Shown in pieces: positions 44,189-59,395 of a stretch of DNA of 64,000 bases. A model generated the notes under the pieces. The model saw nothing but the letters and a program-made list of their open reading frames with translations. It was not told where the DNA came from and searched no databases. Where the stretch lies: contig OX597814.1 of assembly GCA_951406725.2 (NCBI GenBank), positions 141,484,001 through 141,548,000 on the forward strand, written 5' to 3'. The first letter of the stretch is position 1. Each line of letters starts with the position of its first letter. Both the position numbers and the translations under genes were made by a program. Origin of the DNA: Octopus vulgaris (lineage: Eukaryota).

Positions 44189-44194
<6 letters not shown>
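44001..44194. repeat. Near-perfect palindrome (93-bp arms, 8-nt loop), probable foldback MITE
   Basis: 44001-44093 is the reverse complement of 44102-44194 with about 4 mismatches; termini TA-AGGGC...GCCCT-TA. Confidence 0.92.
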
Positions 44195-44231
<37 letters not shown>

Positions 44232-44252
44232 ATATATGCGCGGGAATCTGTG

Positions 44253-44284
<32 letters not shown>

Positions 44285-44515
44285 TGTATGTATGTATGTA
44301 TGTATGTATGTATGTATGTATGTATGTGTATGTATGTATGTATGTATGTATGTATGTATGTATGTATGTATGTATGTATGTTTTGCATCTATGTGTGTGC
44401 GTGAATGCGTACATAGATACCTATACAAGCACATAAAGATGTACGCACATACATACATCGATTTTTAATATTTTATACACCCGCATAAAGTAAAATGTTT
44501 TAGAAACTTTGTACA

Positions 44516-44698
44516 TACAGGGTGTCCATAAATTATCTTAACAATTTGAAAAGTTCAAAATGAAATTAATTGGACAACATAGGCAAACGAATAAACTTTT
44601 ATTCGAAGCTCGTCCATGTGAACTCCATTAGATGCACACGACCTAGTGAGCTATCCTGGATTTTTCAAATTCTAAAGGTTGATTGTGAACACCCTGTT
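44516..44698. mobile_element. Tc1/mariner-type MITE
   Basis: TA-CAGGGTGTCCATAA ... TTGTGAACACCCTG terminal inverted repeats. Confidence 0.7.
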
Positions 44699-44859
44699 TA
44701 ATATGTTATATAATCCCACTCGCTCACATTCACGATTTTGTAATGATATTAAGCGACAACTGACATTGTTCTGCATCCATGCTACTCTGTTTAATGCTCT
44801 CAATAACTCAGTCTACAGCACATAGATTTAATAGGGTTTGCTCGTAGTACAGTTATTCT

Positions 44860-45990
44860 TGTTTCACTGAAAGTCCAGTACCTGCTTGACTTAGCCCTTT
44901 GTTGGCTGTACCACTGCCATTAATAGTAGCACTCTATTCACCACCTCCTCCTTCTACGGGATAAGAACACCTTCCTTAATCCACCTCTCTACCTCTCCTT
45001 CAAACTCACTCCTGACATTTATTCTTTCAATGTATGCCGGTAGTAGTTCAGCCTGTTCTTCCGCATCGAGGACTCCCCTTTCCAGCGCCATTCTATCGTA
45101 CACCACTGACTGTCGAACATCGTCCGAAAATCTTTGTCCTCAACGGTGTCGCAGTAAAGTCCATCGCGAAGCTCGGCTCCCTCTAACGTTGCAGATTCAC
45201 GGTGCATGGTGTCCCTGCACCACCAAACGAAACCACGTTTCTACCAATACTTACACCACCAAGGCGGTTAATCACATCCATCCCCATCAACATGTCAATT
45301 CCGTCTATCACATGGTCAATCATAAACGCCTGCACCCTCAGTGTTGTTCCCGCACCGCTATCTCCCTGTCGCTGCTACCCTTACAGCCAATTTCACTGCC
45401 GTCGGCCGCCCGAACACTACTTGTCCCCTTCCATTTTTTTGCCACCTTCAGGGTCACGAAAGATGTCGTACAGTCCATATCCACGAGAGCATTGAATGCT
45501 TTTCCCCCAGTCAAGACCTCAGCTACGGACACTGACTGCACGAGCGCCTCTATTCACTCGCAGGTTAAGTTTGAGAGGTATTAACTTCCCCCGACCTTTT
45601 CCCAGGCGGCAGTTTCGAGCGATATATTCACTTTTCCTGCACCGGTAGCAGATGGGCCCGGGCTTCGTCTCCGCGCAGTCCCTTGCCATGTGCAGTCTCT
45701 GACACTTGAAGCACCGGCCCATGAGCGGTCGCTGTCGCTCCACGGCAGTTACCTTCTCATTATTTACCAGTCGCTGCATAGCTGCCATCACCATTGCCTT
45801 CTGTCCGGTGTTTTGTCAACAAGCGGGGAAATAAGATACGGTTCACCTACCTTCTCATTGTCGGCCGTTCAAAAATACGCGCCCTACCTGTCGCACATAA
45901 CATAGCCAAGTCAAAAGAGGACGACCCTGGTCTTGCTTCCCTCACTTCCTCTCTCTCCCGTCCTATCCCGATCAGGTCCCTTGACCGTTG
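44860..45990 (-). pseudogene. Ty3/gypsy gag-protease-RT(start) relic
   Basis: Two knuckles CFKCQRLHMARDC and CYRCRKSEYIARNC; ALVDMDCTTS (decayed DTG); DMLMGMDVINRLGG; EVERWIKEGVL...VLDF. Confidence 0.8.
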
Positions 45991-46537
45991 ACGTTACAAC
46001 CCTTTCTTTCTGAAGTCATCTCAATATTTTCTCTATATGTTCTTTTTATTTATCACTGATTCATATAATACTGTATTTTTAGAAACAAGCATCCTTGATA
46101 AACGAGGATAGATGTAAACATATACAAATTGAAACTTATTGAAAATTATGCTTGTGCCAACATCAAAATATCAACCATTGACTTGACTCATACATTAAAT
46201 CTATGCATAAATTACCATTTTTATAATAAGAAATCATAAATTTTGTTTATATTTAATCAATATTATATTTAGTCTAATCTGGCGAACATGTCCATCCAAC
46301 CGACAGGTCCCTGATTCCTACATAGATAGTACTTCGTAATTCACATGTTCATTGGAACTTAAGAATTGTGACTCGAAAAAGAAGAGGCAAAAATTAAAGG
46401 TCGGCGTGTATTGTTTCTCGGCCGTATTTATCTATAAATAGATAATGATGTGATGGTGGAAGCTCTTATTTTCCCATTTTACTATTGTCCCCTTATGTAC
46501 AGATAAACAGGATAACTGCAAATGTCAGTTGTAATTA

Positions 46538-46589
<52 letters not shown>

Positions 46590-46592
<3 letters not shown>

Positions 46593-46974
46593 TTTTATTC
46601 TTTTATTCTTTTAATTGTTTCAGTCATTTGACTGCGACACCGCTGGAGAACCGCCTTTAGTCGAGCAAATCTACCCTAGGACTTATTCTTTGTAATCCTT
46701 GTACTTATTCTATCGGACCGTTTTGCCGAACCACTAAGTTACGGGGACGTAAACACACAGACACACACGCGCGCGCACGCACACACACACATATGTATAA
46801 ATATATATATATGAGACGGGCTTCTTTCAGTTTCTTTCAAATCCACTCACAAGGCTTTGGTCGGCCCGAGGTTATAGTAGAAGACACTTGCCCAAGGTAC
46901 CACGCAGTGGGACTGAACGGGGAACCATGTGGTTGGTAAGCAAGCTACTTGCAACACAGCCATTCCTGCACCTA

Positions 46975-46975
<1 letters not shown>
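46590..46975 (-). mobile_element. SINE A
   Basis: Match to 1831-2246 with internal deletions. Confidence 0.88.
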
Positions 46976-47007
<32 letters not shown>

Positions 47008-47044
47008 ACAACAACAACAACAACAACAACAATAGTAATAATGA

Positions 47045-48245
<1,201 letters not shown>

Positions 48246-48254
48246 AATAATAAT

Positions 48255-48467
48255 GGTTTCAAATTTTGGCACAATACCAGCAATTCTGGGGGAGGGGTAA
48301 ATCGATTACATCGACCCTTGTGCTCAACTGGTACTTATTTTATCGAACCCGAAAGGATGAAAGGCAAAGTCGACTTCGGAGGAATTTGAACTCAGAACAT
48401 AAAGACGGACGAAATACTGCTAAGTATTTTGTCCGGCGTGCTAACGATTCTGCCAGCTCGCCGCTTT
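48255..48467 (-). mobile_element. SINE B
   Basis: Reverse complement of the 42833-type sequence. Confidence 0.9.
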
Positions 48468-48474
48468 AGTAGTT

Positions 48475-48522
<48 letters not shown>

Positions 48523-48844
48523 ATAGTAATGATAAAAAGTCCCTACATATACTGGCGTAGAGCGACCTATTTAGATAAGAATTTGTTTCATCTCGGATGT
48601 ATCATTCATGATTGACATGTTAGTCTTAAATTAAACTGATCTAAAAATATAAGTATTTGTTCAATGCAAACTGGGCCATTCTCTTCAAAGTTGGGGAATG
48701 GCATCAAGAAGTACAGAGACGAAAACAGCCGAGGAAGTTGTACATCCCTATCGCATGTGTGATTTATTCTTGATTTAATATATCCTCGGTATATAACATT
48801 CCTCTTAAGATACATACCTATGATAATAATATAAGCTCTAAAAA

Positions 48845-49247
48845 GGTAAAGACACTCTTCGATCATGAATTGGCATGGGATTGCTCCTAGAAATTTACCC
48901 TCCAAGGCACAAGTCTGGGCAAGGCTATTTGTGGAATACCAGCAGTCGCCCATGCTTACCAACCTTTCCTCTCCTCACTACCGATGTTATTCAAGGGTAA
49001 GTCAAACGCCGGTACAGCTTGGCATCAGTGACGTCGCAACTCATTTCTGTAGCTGAGTGAAATGGAGCAAAATGAAATGATTGATTGATTCTAGTTTCAG
49101 CTCATGAGCTGTGGCCATGCTGGGGCACCGCCATTAAAATAAAGTGTTTTGCTCAAGAAGTCGACACACAACCCGGCCCAGCAGTCGAACTCACTACCTC
49201 ATGATTGTGTACCCGACGCTGTAACCACTGAGGCATGCGCCTTCACT
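48845..49247 (-). mobile_element. tRNA-derived SINE family D (CORE-like) with a nested short SINE tail at ~49080-49135
   Basis: Minus head GTGAAGGCGCATGCCTCAGTGGTT...GAGTTCGACT; TTGAGCAAAACACTTTAT core; paralogue at 60315-60520. Confidence 0.75.
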
Positions 49248-49274
49248 AATATAAGCTTATATGCTATGTTTTAT

Positions 49275-49357
49275 GGGTATATTATCAAGAACTAGGATAT
49301 ATTATATCAATATATATATATTTATAAGCTACATCTTAGTTCTTGATAATATACCCA
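49275..49357. repeat. Small inverted-repeat element (24-bp arms)
   Basis: GGGTATATTATCAAGAACTAGGAT ... ATCTTAGTTCTTGATAATATACCC (1 mismatch). Confidence 0.8.
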
Positions 49358-49504
49358 AGGGATACGTCTGTGTGTGAGGGGTATATGTGTGCGGGTAGGT
49401 GTACTTGTGTATGTAATTGGACTAAATGCTTAGCAGCAACATTCTGCTTCCGAGTGTCGCTGAGGTTAGTTTGATCTTTTATCCATTCGATGCCGAAATA
49501 ATAA

Positions 49505-49660
49505 TAATTCCAAATTTGGCACAAGGCCAGAAAATTCGGGGTAGAGTTTGTGGGAATAAGTCGATCATATCAACCCCAGTACTTGACTGGTACTTATTTT
49601 ATCGACCCGGAAAGGATAAAGGCAAAGTCGACCACAGCGGAATTTGAACTCAGAACGTAA
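49505..49660 (-). mobile_element. SINE B 3' part
   Basis: CTGGTACTTATTTTATCGACCCGGAAAGGAT...GAATTTGAACTCAGAACG. Confidence 0.85.
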
Positions 49661-49889
49661 AGGATATTGTTGTGATCTCAACCACTTCTACGTCGGGATA
49701 ACCCACCGACATCTAGAGGCTCGGTTTGACAGCGGGCGGGGGAGGGGACGGTTTCGGTACTCTTGATTACCCTCGTACGAGGGAGACCTGCCAGATTTGG
49801 TTGAGCCGTCACGGACCATATCCTCTGACTTGTGTGGAATATTTTTAACAGTAGTATAGACATATACATATACATGCATACATACATAC

Positions 49890-49936
<47 letters not shown>

Positions 49937-50079
49937 TGTGTGTGAGTATGTTTGTATGTATTCTATATATGTATATATGTGTACGCACACATTCATGTAT
50001 GCATTCATCTATACATATATATATGTGTGTGGGTGTGGAGAATAGTACATAAATGTGTCTCTCTCTCTCTCTCTCTCTG

Positions 50080-50221
<142 letters not shown>

Positions 50222-50619
50222 CGTGTATGTGCGTGTGTTTGTGTATGTGTTCATGGACATAAGCACGCACACCATCCAGGCAAGTGCAGGTGGTATAACT
50301 TGCCTTATTAACTGCTTGGTGGGTTTGGTGAGCTTATTGATAGACAATGTTGTTTAAATTCGTTTTCTGCAAAGCTCATCTGTAAAATTATTTTATCTAC
50401 AACAGTAAACTTAACGTAGTAAATGTTGGTATAGTTAAGCGATGAACAGATAAGTATCGTCGAAGATATGTTCCATTAAATAAACAGTTTAACTGCTGAA
50501 CCGCCTAATTGTCGAAAAATCAACAAGGCAGAAGCAAAAGCAAATTCTTGGCTTTGAAAATCCGAAGTTTCAAACATGTCAGATACCAGATGTATAAACA
50601 CATGCTCTTGATAGTCTTG

Positions 50620-50709
<90 letters not shown>

Positions 50710-50889
50710 TGTATGAATGTATGTATGTATGTATGTATGTATGTATGCATGTATGCATACCTTAATGTTTGCTTTTATGTTCGGTTATAATAAAAACGAT
50801 TTTACATTAATCTGCTGGGTTACTGTATATTTCAGTAGAGTACAAACCTATAATTCTTATACGAAATGTTGTTGATAGTGACTTCGAAG

Positions 50890-51150
50890 TTCGGACCAGT
50901 TTTGTTCCCAACTTTGACCTTCCATGAAACCTAAACTTTATATTGGAATTTATGGGAGCAACTGTATTTGAAGACCCATATTGTCGTTGAATGCTCGAAA
51001 TGAGGAGAAGATAGGCAGCCTACAACTGATGAAGGGTCGTTCTGTGTTTACTTGTCCTGTTTTCCAGTTTTTTCTCCCGTTGTATTGCATATTTAACTCA
51101 TGTGTTTTCGTATTTCATGCTGTTTACACCGTTGTTGAAGTCCAATACCC
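50890..51150 (+). mobile_element. Repeat homologous to 36690-36950, probably Penelope-derived
   Basis: Shared GGGAGCAACTG, ATGCTCGAAA and CAACTGATGA blocks. Confidence 0.6.
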
Positions 51151-51349
51151 ATGTATGCATATATATATATATATATATACATATACATACATATACACAC
51201 ATACTTACAGACGCACACACACACACACACATATATACATATATTTATGTATAAAGAAATAATTAAGATTCAGTTGAATTAGGGTTAGGGTTAGAGTAGC
51301 CTATATGCCACATAGAGACTATCTTCATTGGATTGCCTCAAGTTCCGCA

Positions 51350-51674
<325 letters not shown>

Positions 51675-52358
51675 CGTGCGAGAGACGTTTTAATTCATTA
51701 ATTGTACGCGATTTACATAAATACTTTCTTTCTCCTCACACTCATAAAGAGAAATACTCATGGAATTAGCGATGTCACATAAGTGGCGCAAAAACGGTTG
51801 TACCAAAACCTCTCATACTCGATGGTGCTTATGAGTCTTTCACACTGCCTCCGAGACTGGAGACAGGGTGAAAGAGAAGAAAATAGCTTCCAACTGGAAA
51901 TCTAGTCCGAATGCTTGCAACAGAGTCCGGCAGTGGTGTTAGACTAAGCGAGCCTAATTTAACTGAGCGGTTAAATCCGCCACCCATTATATGATCACAG
52001 TGCAGCATTCAGTAATCACACACTCAACCGAAGTGCTGTTTTAGGCCAGCACTTCGGTTTGCAATGGTATGAAGATCCTGCTGTAGCAGAGCGTTGATCT
52101 ACCACCAGCGATCTATGCAGGAGACACTTGGAAAATGATTGCCAAGATCAATTTGAGGTTGAATGTATTTCACTAATGGTATTTACGCAGAATATTCAAG
52201 ATCATCTACAGGGACTTAACTACAAACTCTGAAGTCCTGAGAAGAGCCAATCTGTGTAGCTAGCAGGAGACTGTGACAGAAAAAAAGAGTAAAACTTGCA
52301 GAAGAATGACTGTGAGAGGAACGAATATTCAAGACAGCTCTAAAAAGAGTACCAACAG

Positions 52359-52610
52359 GTGAGTTCAGCTACCAGCCCAGGCCCCGCTGCTCGTCAGGTT
52401 GCGAAGGGCAAACTGTCAAAATATCAGTCGCTCTCTAACAGGTTTGTGGTCGTGTCTGTGACAGTAAAGGCCTCCAGCGTTCTCGGCTTCCGGACCGCAT
52501 CAAAGTGCGAGCCCTGTGAATCAGAGTGGCTGTTCCAAGTACAGTTCACTTGCCACCCTCCGGGTCATCGCCTTTTCCATTTGGTCTGTTGGGATTATGA
52601 GGTGGGCTGA
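52359..52610 (+). pseudogene. CRE-like RLE endonuclease C-terminal fragment
   Basis: GPAARQVAKGKLSKYQSLSNRFVVVSVTVKASSVLG resembles AA..AE..K..KY..L...F.PVA.ET.G.LG. Confidence 0.6.
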
Positions 52611-53220
52611 CAAGCCTTTTTAGATATCACTTGTTACTTATTAGTAACTCGAATATTAAAGTGAAAGTGTATTTAACTGATTTCAAGATCGTGACCACTT
52701 ATTAAGAACAAACGCATTTTACCAAAGAAAACTTTGATAGAAACATAGAAAAACTGATAGAAAATAGAATTTGACAAACTGCTTTCTATCATGGTAAATT
52801 TAATATTGTGTCGACATTGTCTTGAGAATAGGGTGAAGTTCAGAGTCAAGTTTCGCATTAACATCAACTTCAAATTTAAAATGTGTTAAATGGATTATTA
52901 ACTTTGTTTAATTTTAATATGGTCAAAAATAAAACAGTAAAAGTTAATTTTGCTTTACGACTATAATTGGATTATATTTTTAAAATCAATTAAATGTGGA
53001 TGGCATTCGCAACAAGTCACAACATATCACCACACATATACACACATACACATGGGGAGAGAGAGAGAGAGGGGGGAGAGGTGGAAGATTTTTAATGTTG
53101 GTTACAAAGTGTTACGAAAATATGTCTTTTCTCTTAAGCTAGAAAAATGATTTCTTAATTTTCTTTCAATATAAATTTGTAACGCTGTCTTTCTAGTAAT
53201 AAATGTGATATACATTTCAT

Positions 53221-53252
<32 letters not shown>

Positions 53253-54099
53253 ACACAAACCTTGTAGCTAAAAATAACTCTGTACTTATGATGACTATAA
53301 CAGCAGCTCAATGTGTTTGTATCATTGATTTAATTAGTCTTGATTCATAACATTCCATGTCTTTCAATAGGAATAAATATATATATTTCTCGTGGCTGAC
53401 GGCTTAACAAACTTATTAAAAATCTCATTAAAAAGTTTACCATTCGTTAATAACAAATCCTCCTGGCTAACCCACTTCTCTCTCTCTCTCTCTCTGAATA
53501 TTAACATACAACATGCATCCGAAACTTCAGTTAACTGTCAATTGGTAAATGCCTGTAGTACTTAAGTGTAGATGAATGACGACAGATGGGAAAGAAGACA
53601 TACTTTTCTATAAGTAGTTCAGGGGTAAATATACGAACAACAGCTATAGAATTCTACATATGATTTGGTATAAATTATGAACAGTTAAGTTAAAGCCAAC
53701 GGATTTGTATAGCGAGGTGGGAGTCTAATTCATTGATACTTCTACTGTACTGATGAAAAGGAAATATTAACTCACTAACCAACATTAACTATATCTGATC
53801 TTGACAAGTATAAGAGGCAATTACAGTCTTATTAGAAGAGAACCCAGTGTTTAAGTGGAAGAGATGGTTAGGCGCCATAATTCTGTTCCATCTTTCATTA
53901 AAAATAATAATGCGGTACGACGTAAAAATAGTTTATGTCAGACGACCAGGCTCAACGTAGTCCATTGGTTAAGGTGTAATAGTAAGACAATAGAAACATC
54001 GCCTTATGTTCGGTTTGCTTGTATTGCGAATATTATTAGAAAATAAGAAGTTTATTGATAGAATCGTGGTCACCACCCTGCCTTTATACATACTTTCTG

Positions 54100-54310
54100 T
54101 TATAGGCACAAGGCATGAAGTTTGTTGTGAGGAGAGGCTAGTCGATTACGTCCACCCCAGTGTATAACTGGTACTTATTTTATCGACTCCGAAAGTACCA
54201 AAGGTAAAATCAACTTCGGAGAAATTTGAATACAACGCAAGGTCGGATGAGATAACGCTAAGCATTTTGTCCGGCGTACTAAAGGTTCTGTCAGTTTGCT
54301 GCCTTACACT
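54100..54310 (-). mobile_element. Degenerate SINE B
   Basis: CTGGTACTTATTTTATCGAC and GCTAAGCATTTTGTCCGGCGT motifs. Confidence 0.8.
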
Positions 54311-54324
54311 GCCCTCACATATCA

Positions 54325-54500
54325 AAAATTCTAACCATGCCTGTCTTTTCCAGACCCTCACAAACCCTGTTCACAATGGATCTTAAATTCCTATACACTT
54401 CATTCTACACGAGCTTTAGAATATATCTGTCACCGCCACTCTTCATTTGAACCCAGTACTAATACCCTTCTCTGTCTAGCTGGACTAGTCCCTCTCGAGG
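54325..54500 (+). pseudogene. Penelope-like RT fragment
   Basis: LFTMDLKFLYTS (FTMDV.SLYT.IP motif) ... EPSTNTLLCLAGLV. Confidence 0.6.
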
Positions 54501-54548
54501 AGTTCTAATAACAAGCCAGCGAGATAATCAAAGATGGTCTCAACTTTT

Positions 54549-54765
54549 ACGAAGGGGTGCTAAACGTCCTTGGCTTTGGGTAAAAGAAAATACAGGAGCT
54601 CCGTTAATTATGATTTTATTCAACGCCTTCCCGTCTCAGATTCAAGCACTTATTGCAGTGGCCCTTTAGTTTTTCTAAGCCCTGTAAAAGAACTCGAAAG
54701 GTTAGTGTCCCAACCAGGCCTTTCGAGATACCCTTAAAGCCAGGAACTTTTCAGCACCCCCTCGA
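54549..54765. mobile_element. Mariner-type MITE
   Basis: TACGAAGGGGTGCTAAACGTCCTTGGCTTT ... AAAGCCAGGAACTTTTCAGCACCCCCTCG terminal inverted repeats. Confidence 0.8.
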
Positions 54766-54875
54766 TTATTCAGTTTGATGGATATAAAACTAGGGATCAG
54801 CAAACTGAATATAAAACAATAATGATATGCTTGTGTATGTATTGTGTATACGAGCGTGTGTGCATTTATACATAT

Positions 54876-55413
<538 letters not shown>

Positions 55414-56297
55414 ATGTGTAGTTCTTGTGGAGAGTCTATCTGCTTCTATGTTCTATCTTTATATTTTAACCCTCTACCATCACGCAACCTCTTGTCATAG
55501 ACCACAGCACTTTTCTGTCCTTTCTCTGTACATTTTTATCTCACTTTTCTGAGCCCTCCATTCAGTTCTAGTTCCTCATAGTCTAACTGTTCTTTAAAAT
55601 TATTTTTATCCGTCTAACATTTATTGATTCATTATTTGGAGCATTCACCTTCTCCCATCTCTCTTTCCCTTATTTTGTCTGACCATGTATATATTCTGTT
55701 GTTCCTCGTCTCTTTGCCTAGTTATTTCACTCATCCCATGCGGCACTTACATAGCACTCGCTATTTCAACTGACCTACAAACTTTAACTCTTCTCACAAT
55801 CTACATCCTTCTACATAGCACAGCTCGTACACTACTCGCATCGACATCCGACTCTCTTCATACAGACTCTAACAGTTTCCCCCTCTCTCACTCCCCAGCT
55901 AAGCCTTTATTATGTTTATTTCCCCATCTACACTATTGCACCCTTGCTCATAAGAACTGTTTGAAATCTTGCTCACAGCATAAAATGTTTCCCTCTGTTT
56001 CCATTGTTTCTATTACACTTATCGATGCAGAAAAGCATTAGTTGCCTCGAATTCTAGTGTTTTATTAAGCAAGTAATTAGCTGGTTTTATAAATTGTTAA
56101 TTTTCACTTCTAAAGGGAATCGCAATTTATTCTAGTTTATCAATTAACTGTTCTAGACTTGAATAATTTCTTTATACAGAAAAAATGTTAACATAGTACA
56201 CCAACCTTCACACCTCTCAGGCTATCTTGTACTGGCTCTTTCCCTCTCTGTCATCTTTCTCTCACTCTCTCTCTTTCTCTCTCTCTCTGTCTTCCCC

Positions 56298-56328
<31 letters not shown>

Positions 56329-56447
56329 CCTCTCTCTAACATATATCTCTTGGTATCCGTCATCACTCCACATCTTTCATTTTCCGAAATGCGATTTTGC
56401 GTTCTGGCCCTTAAACCTTAAAAAGGCCTATCTTTTCTCTCTCTCTT

Positions 56448-56486
<39 letters not shown>

Positions 56487-57224
56487 TCACCGACCCTCCT
56501 TCCCTCCTTCCCTCCTTGTTTCTCTTTCTCCCCTTCCTCTCTCTCGCTCTCCTTCTCTCATCCTTTCCTCTCCCTCCTCACCTCTGAAGGAATTTGTGGC
56601 CAAAATGTCAGACTTCCCTTCTTTCCTACAACATAAAATATATTCTACTATTTAAATAGTTTGTATTTTTTTCTGACTCTGTCTTCACTGGATTCTACGG
56701 TTTTACTAACCTTGTAATTGATTTCCGTATAAATTAAGATTTGTTTTGTTTCTAACGGAAATGTCTATTATCTTAGTTATCAATTAGTCCTTTCAGACAT
56801 AGATTATTTCTAAATACTGGAAAAGAGTTTTCATGATTTAAAACGGCTCAATTAGTGAATTGATTATAACAACAGAATATATTACACGCGAAAATATACA
56901 GGTTACGGTAACAACTTTGGAAAGTTGCCATTTCCAGAAAAACTCATTAGCTGGTTTTTCGGGTAACATTCTGCAAGTGAATGTGAAATATGACTTTTTA
57001 CAATTGTAATTATGGTTGGCTCTCAGAAATCTTAATTATAAATCTTAATGACACGTTTATAACATTCAGTAAAAATATTATTCTGAACAAGAATTATGTG
57101 AAGAGTGAACATAACTGTATGTACGCTCGGTCCAGACTATTAGAAACGGTGTTATTATTCAGTTCTCAGCTAGCTCTGAATTCATTCCAATATCGGTTAC
57201 ATACGTGTTCATATATGATATTAT

Positions 57225-57380
57225 ATATTTCTTTATTGCTCATAAGGGGCTAAACATAGAGGGGACAAACAAGGACAGACAAAGGGATTAAGTCGATTAC
57301 ATCGACCCCAGTGCGAAACTGGTATTTTATTTATCGACCCAGAAAGGATGAAAGGCAAAGTCAACCTCGGCGGAATTTGA
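57225..57380 (-). mobile_element. SINE B 3' part
   Basis: GGGGCTAAACA...GGACAAACAAGGACAGAC...CCTCGGCGGAATTTGA. Confidence 0.88.
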
Positions 57381-57884
57381 GTATTCATATACGATATTAT
57401 AGGCTTAAACGAGTTTGCGAATTGTCGGGTAAATGTGATGAGAAAAAATGGCGAATGTACGTGGAAAAGTAGTCTTGTTTAGTTAAAAAGAAAAACTACG
57501 TTTAATAAGAACACTATGCAATTTCAGATATGTCCAACTTTAGCAAGGTTAAACGTTTGACGAGCAAAACGAACAAACCCTAATGGTTCCTGTTCATTCT
57601 CTGTTGAAACAAACCGTATTGTACAATTTCAGATAGAAGCAGAAGCTTGTAGGGAGGTAGGCCATTTCTGTTGCAGTAGTTTCCATATGATTGTCCTAAT
57701 CAGTATCAGCACAATCAGAAATTGAAGACGACCTACTCACGCAAATCAACCAATGAATTTTATTTTTCCTTAGCGGAACATTTGGTATCCAGGAACATTC
57801 TTTTCAGTCTATTTGGTTTACTGCTTTTTGACTCCGTTCATAATTACTAAACCTACAATTATGGATTTATATTTTTATGCGCAA

Positions 57885-58100
57885 AGAGGTGAGCGGGCAG
57901 AAGCGTTTGCGCGCTGGACAAAATGCTTAGAAGCATTTCTTCGGGCACTTTACGTTCTGAGCTTAAATCATTCTGAAGTTAACTTTGCCTTTCATTCCTT
58001 TTCGGGTCGATAAAATAAACTACCAGTCAAGTATGGGCGTCGATGTAATCGACCTGCCTCCCACCTGTCCAAATTGCTTGTCTTGTACTAAAATTAGAAA
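57885..58100 (+). mobile_element. Degenerate SINE B
   Basis: AAATGCTTAG, TTTACGTTCTGAG, GGGTCGATAAA motifs. Confidence 0.8.
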
Positions 58101-59002
58101 TATGTTTTATGAGCAAAGTATAATGGAAATTCAAAAATACTGCGTATTAGAGTTATAAAAAAACGCGTTTTTAACAAGGATTTTATAATTGAAGAAATGC
58201 CTTTTAGCTCATTGGGCAACATAATTCTCTCTGTGATGTTGCGCTCTTATTGAAATGAGTATGCTCTTTCCTAGATATAATAACATTATAAAATCGTTGA
58301 ACGAAAAGAGATGTAAAGTTAGCTTCAGCAGAACTTGAGCTCAGAACGTAAATGCAGAGTAAAAATTACCGGTAGGGAATAACCATACAAGAAAACGTAG
58401 AATCATCTAAATTGTATAACTTAATACAATTGAAAAAGCTTAGTCCAATCTTGTTAGGTAGTTCAACAAAGCTAGTTTAGATAAGTATCTGAGCCAAGGT
58501 TTATGTAATTAACTGTTTTTAATAGCGGCTGAATTTGTAATAGTTTGTACTTGGTGAACAGGCACAATTATTGCCGTCAACGAAGAGCAACTTACTTTAT
58601 GATCACCCATGAGAAATATCTTTGGGTATTTTGTTTTGTTTTCCACGCATAACACCTCTTACAATATTTTCAGCTGTCATAGACGCACTCTCAAGACTGC
58701 AGCTACAGTCAAGCAACCGCAAAGACGGGATGGGTGGGGATTCGGCAGTTCGAACAACATGCTCGGTAAAAACCTGGGGTACCGAAGCGTTCGGATGAAC
58801 TTCAGCTCAAAGGTTTAGCAACACATTGGGTGTATAATTCAAATCTGAGCGTGAATGAAACTGCAATACAACTTATGACAATATCTGACATGAGTAACAG
58901 AAAAGGGAGGGTTGCTCTTTTAAGTATTCGCCAAGGAAGAAGAATTTGCTTGGTAAGTTGGGTAAAAAAAACATGGAAAAGTCTGAAAATAAAATTACTA
59001 TC

Positions 59003-59395
59003 TATAGGCGTGGGAGTGGTTGTGTGGTAAGTAGCTTGCTTACTAACCACATGGTTCCGGGTTCATTTCCACTGCGTGGCACCCTGGGCAAGTGTCTTCT
59101 ACTATAGCCTTGGGCCGACTAAAGCCTTGTGAGTGGATTTGGTAGACGGAAACTGAAAGAAGCCCTCATATATATGTATGTGCATGTATATATTTGTATG
59201 TCTGTGTTTGTCCCTCCCCCAACATCGTTTGACAACCGATGCTGGTGTGTAACTTAGCGGTTCGGCAAAAGAGACCGATAGAATAAGTACTAGGCTTACA
59301 AAGAATAAGTCCTTGGGGCGATTTGCTCGACTAAAGGCGGTGCTCCAGCATAGCCACAGTCAAATGACTGAAACAAGTAAAAGCGTAAAAGAGTA
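59003..59395 (+). mobile_element. SINE A, full length
   Basis: TAGGCGTGGGAGTGGTTGTGTGGTAAG...CAAATGACTGAAACAAGTAAAAG. Confidence 0.92.

Noticed and set aside
51279-51294. TTAGGGTTAGGGTTAG telomere-like repeat
   Set aside because: Fewer than three units; too short to call an interstitial telomere.
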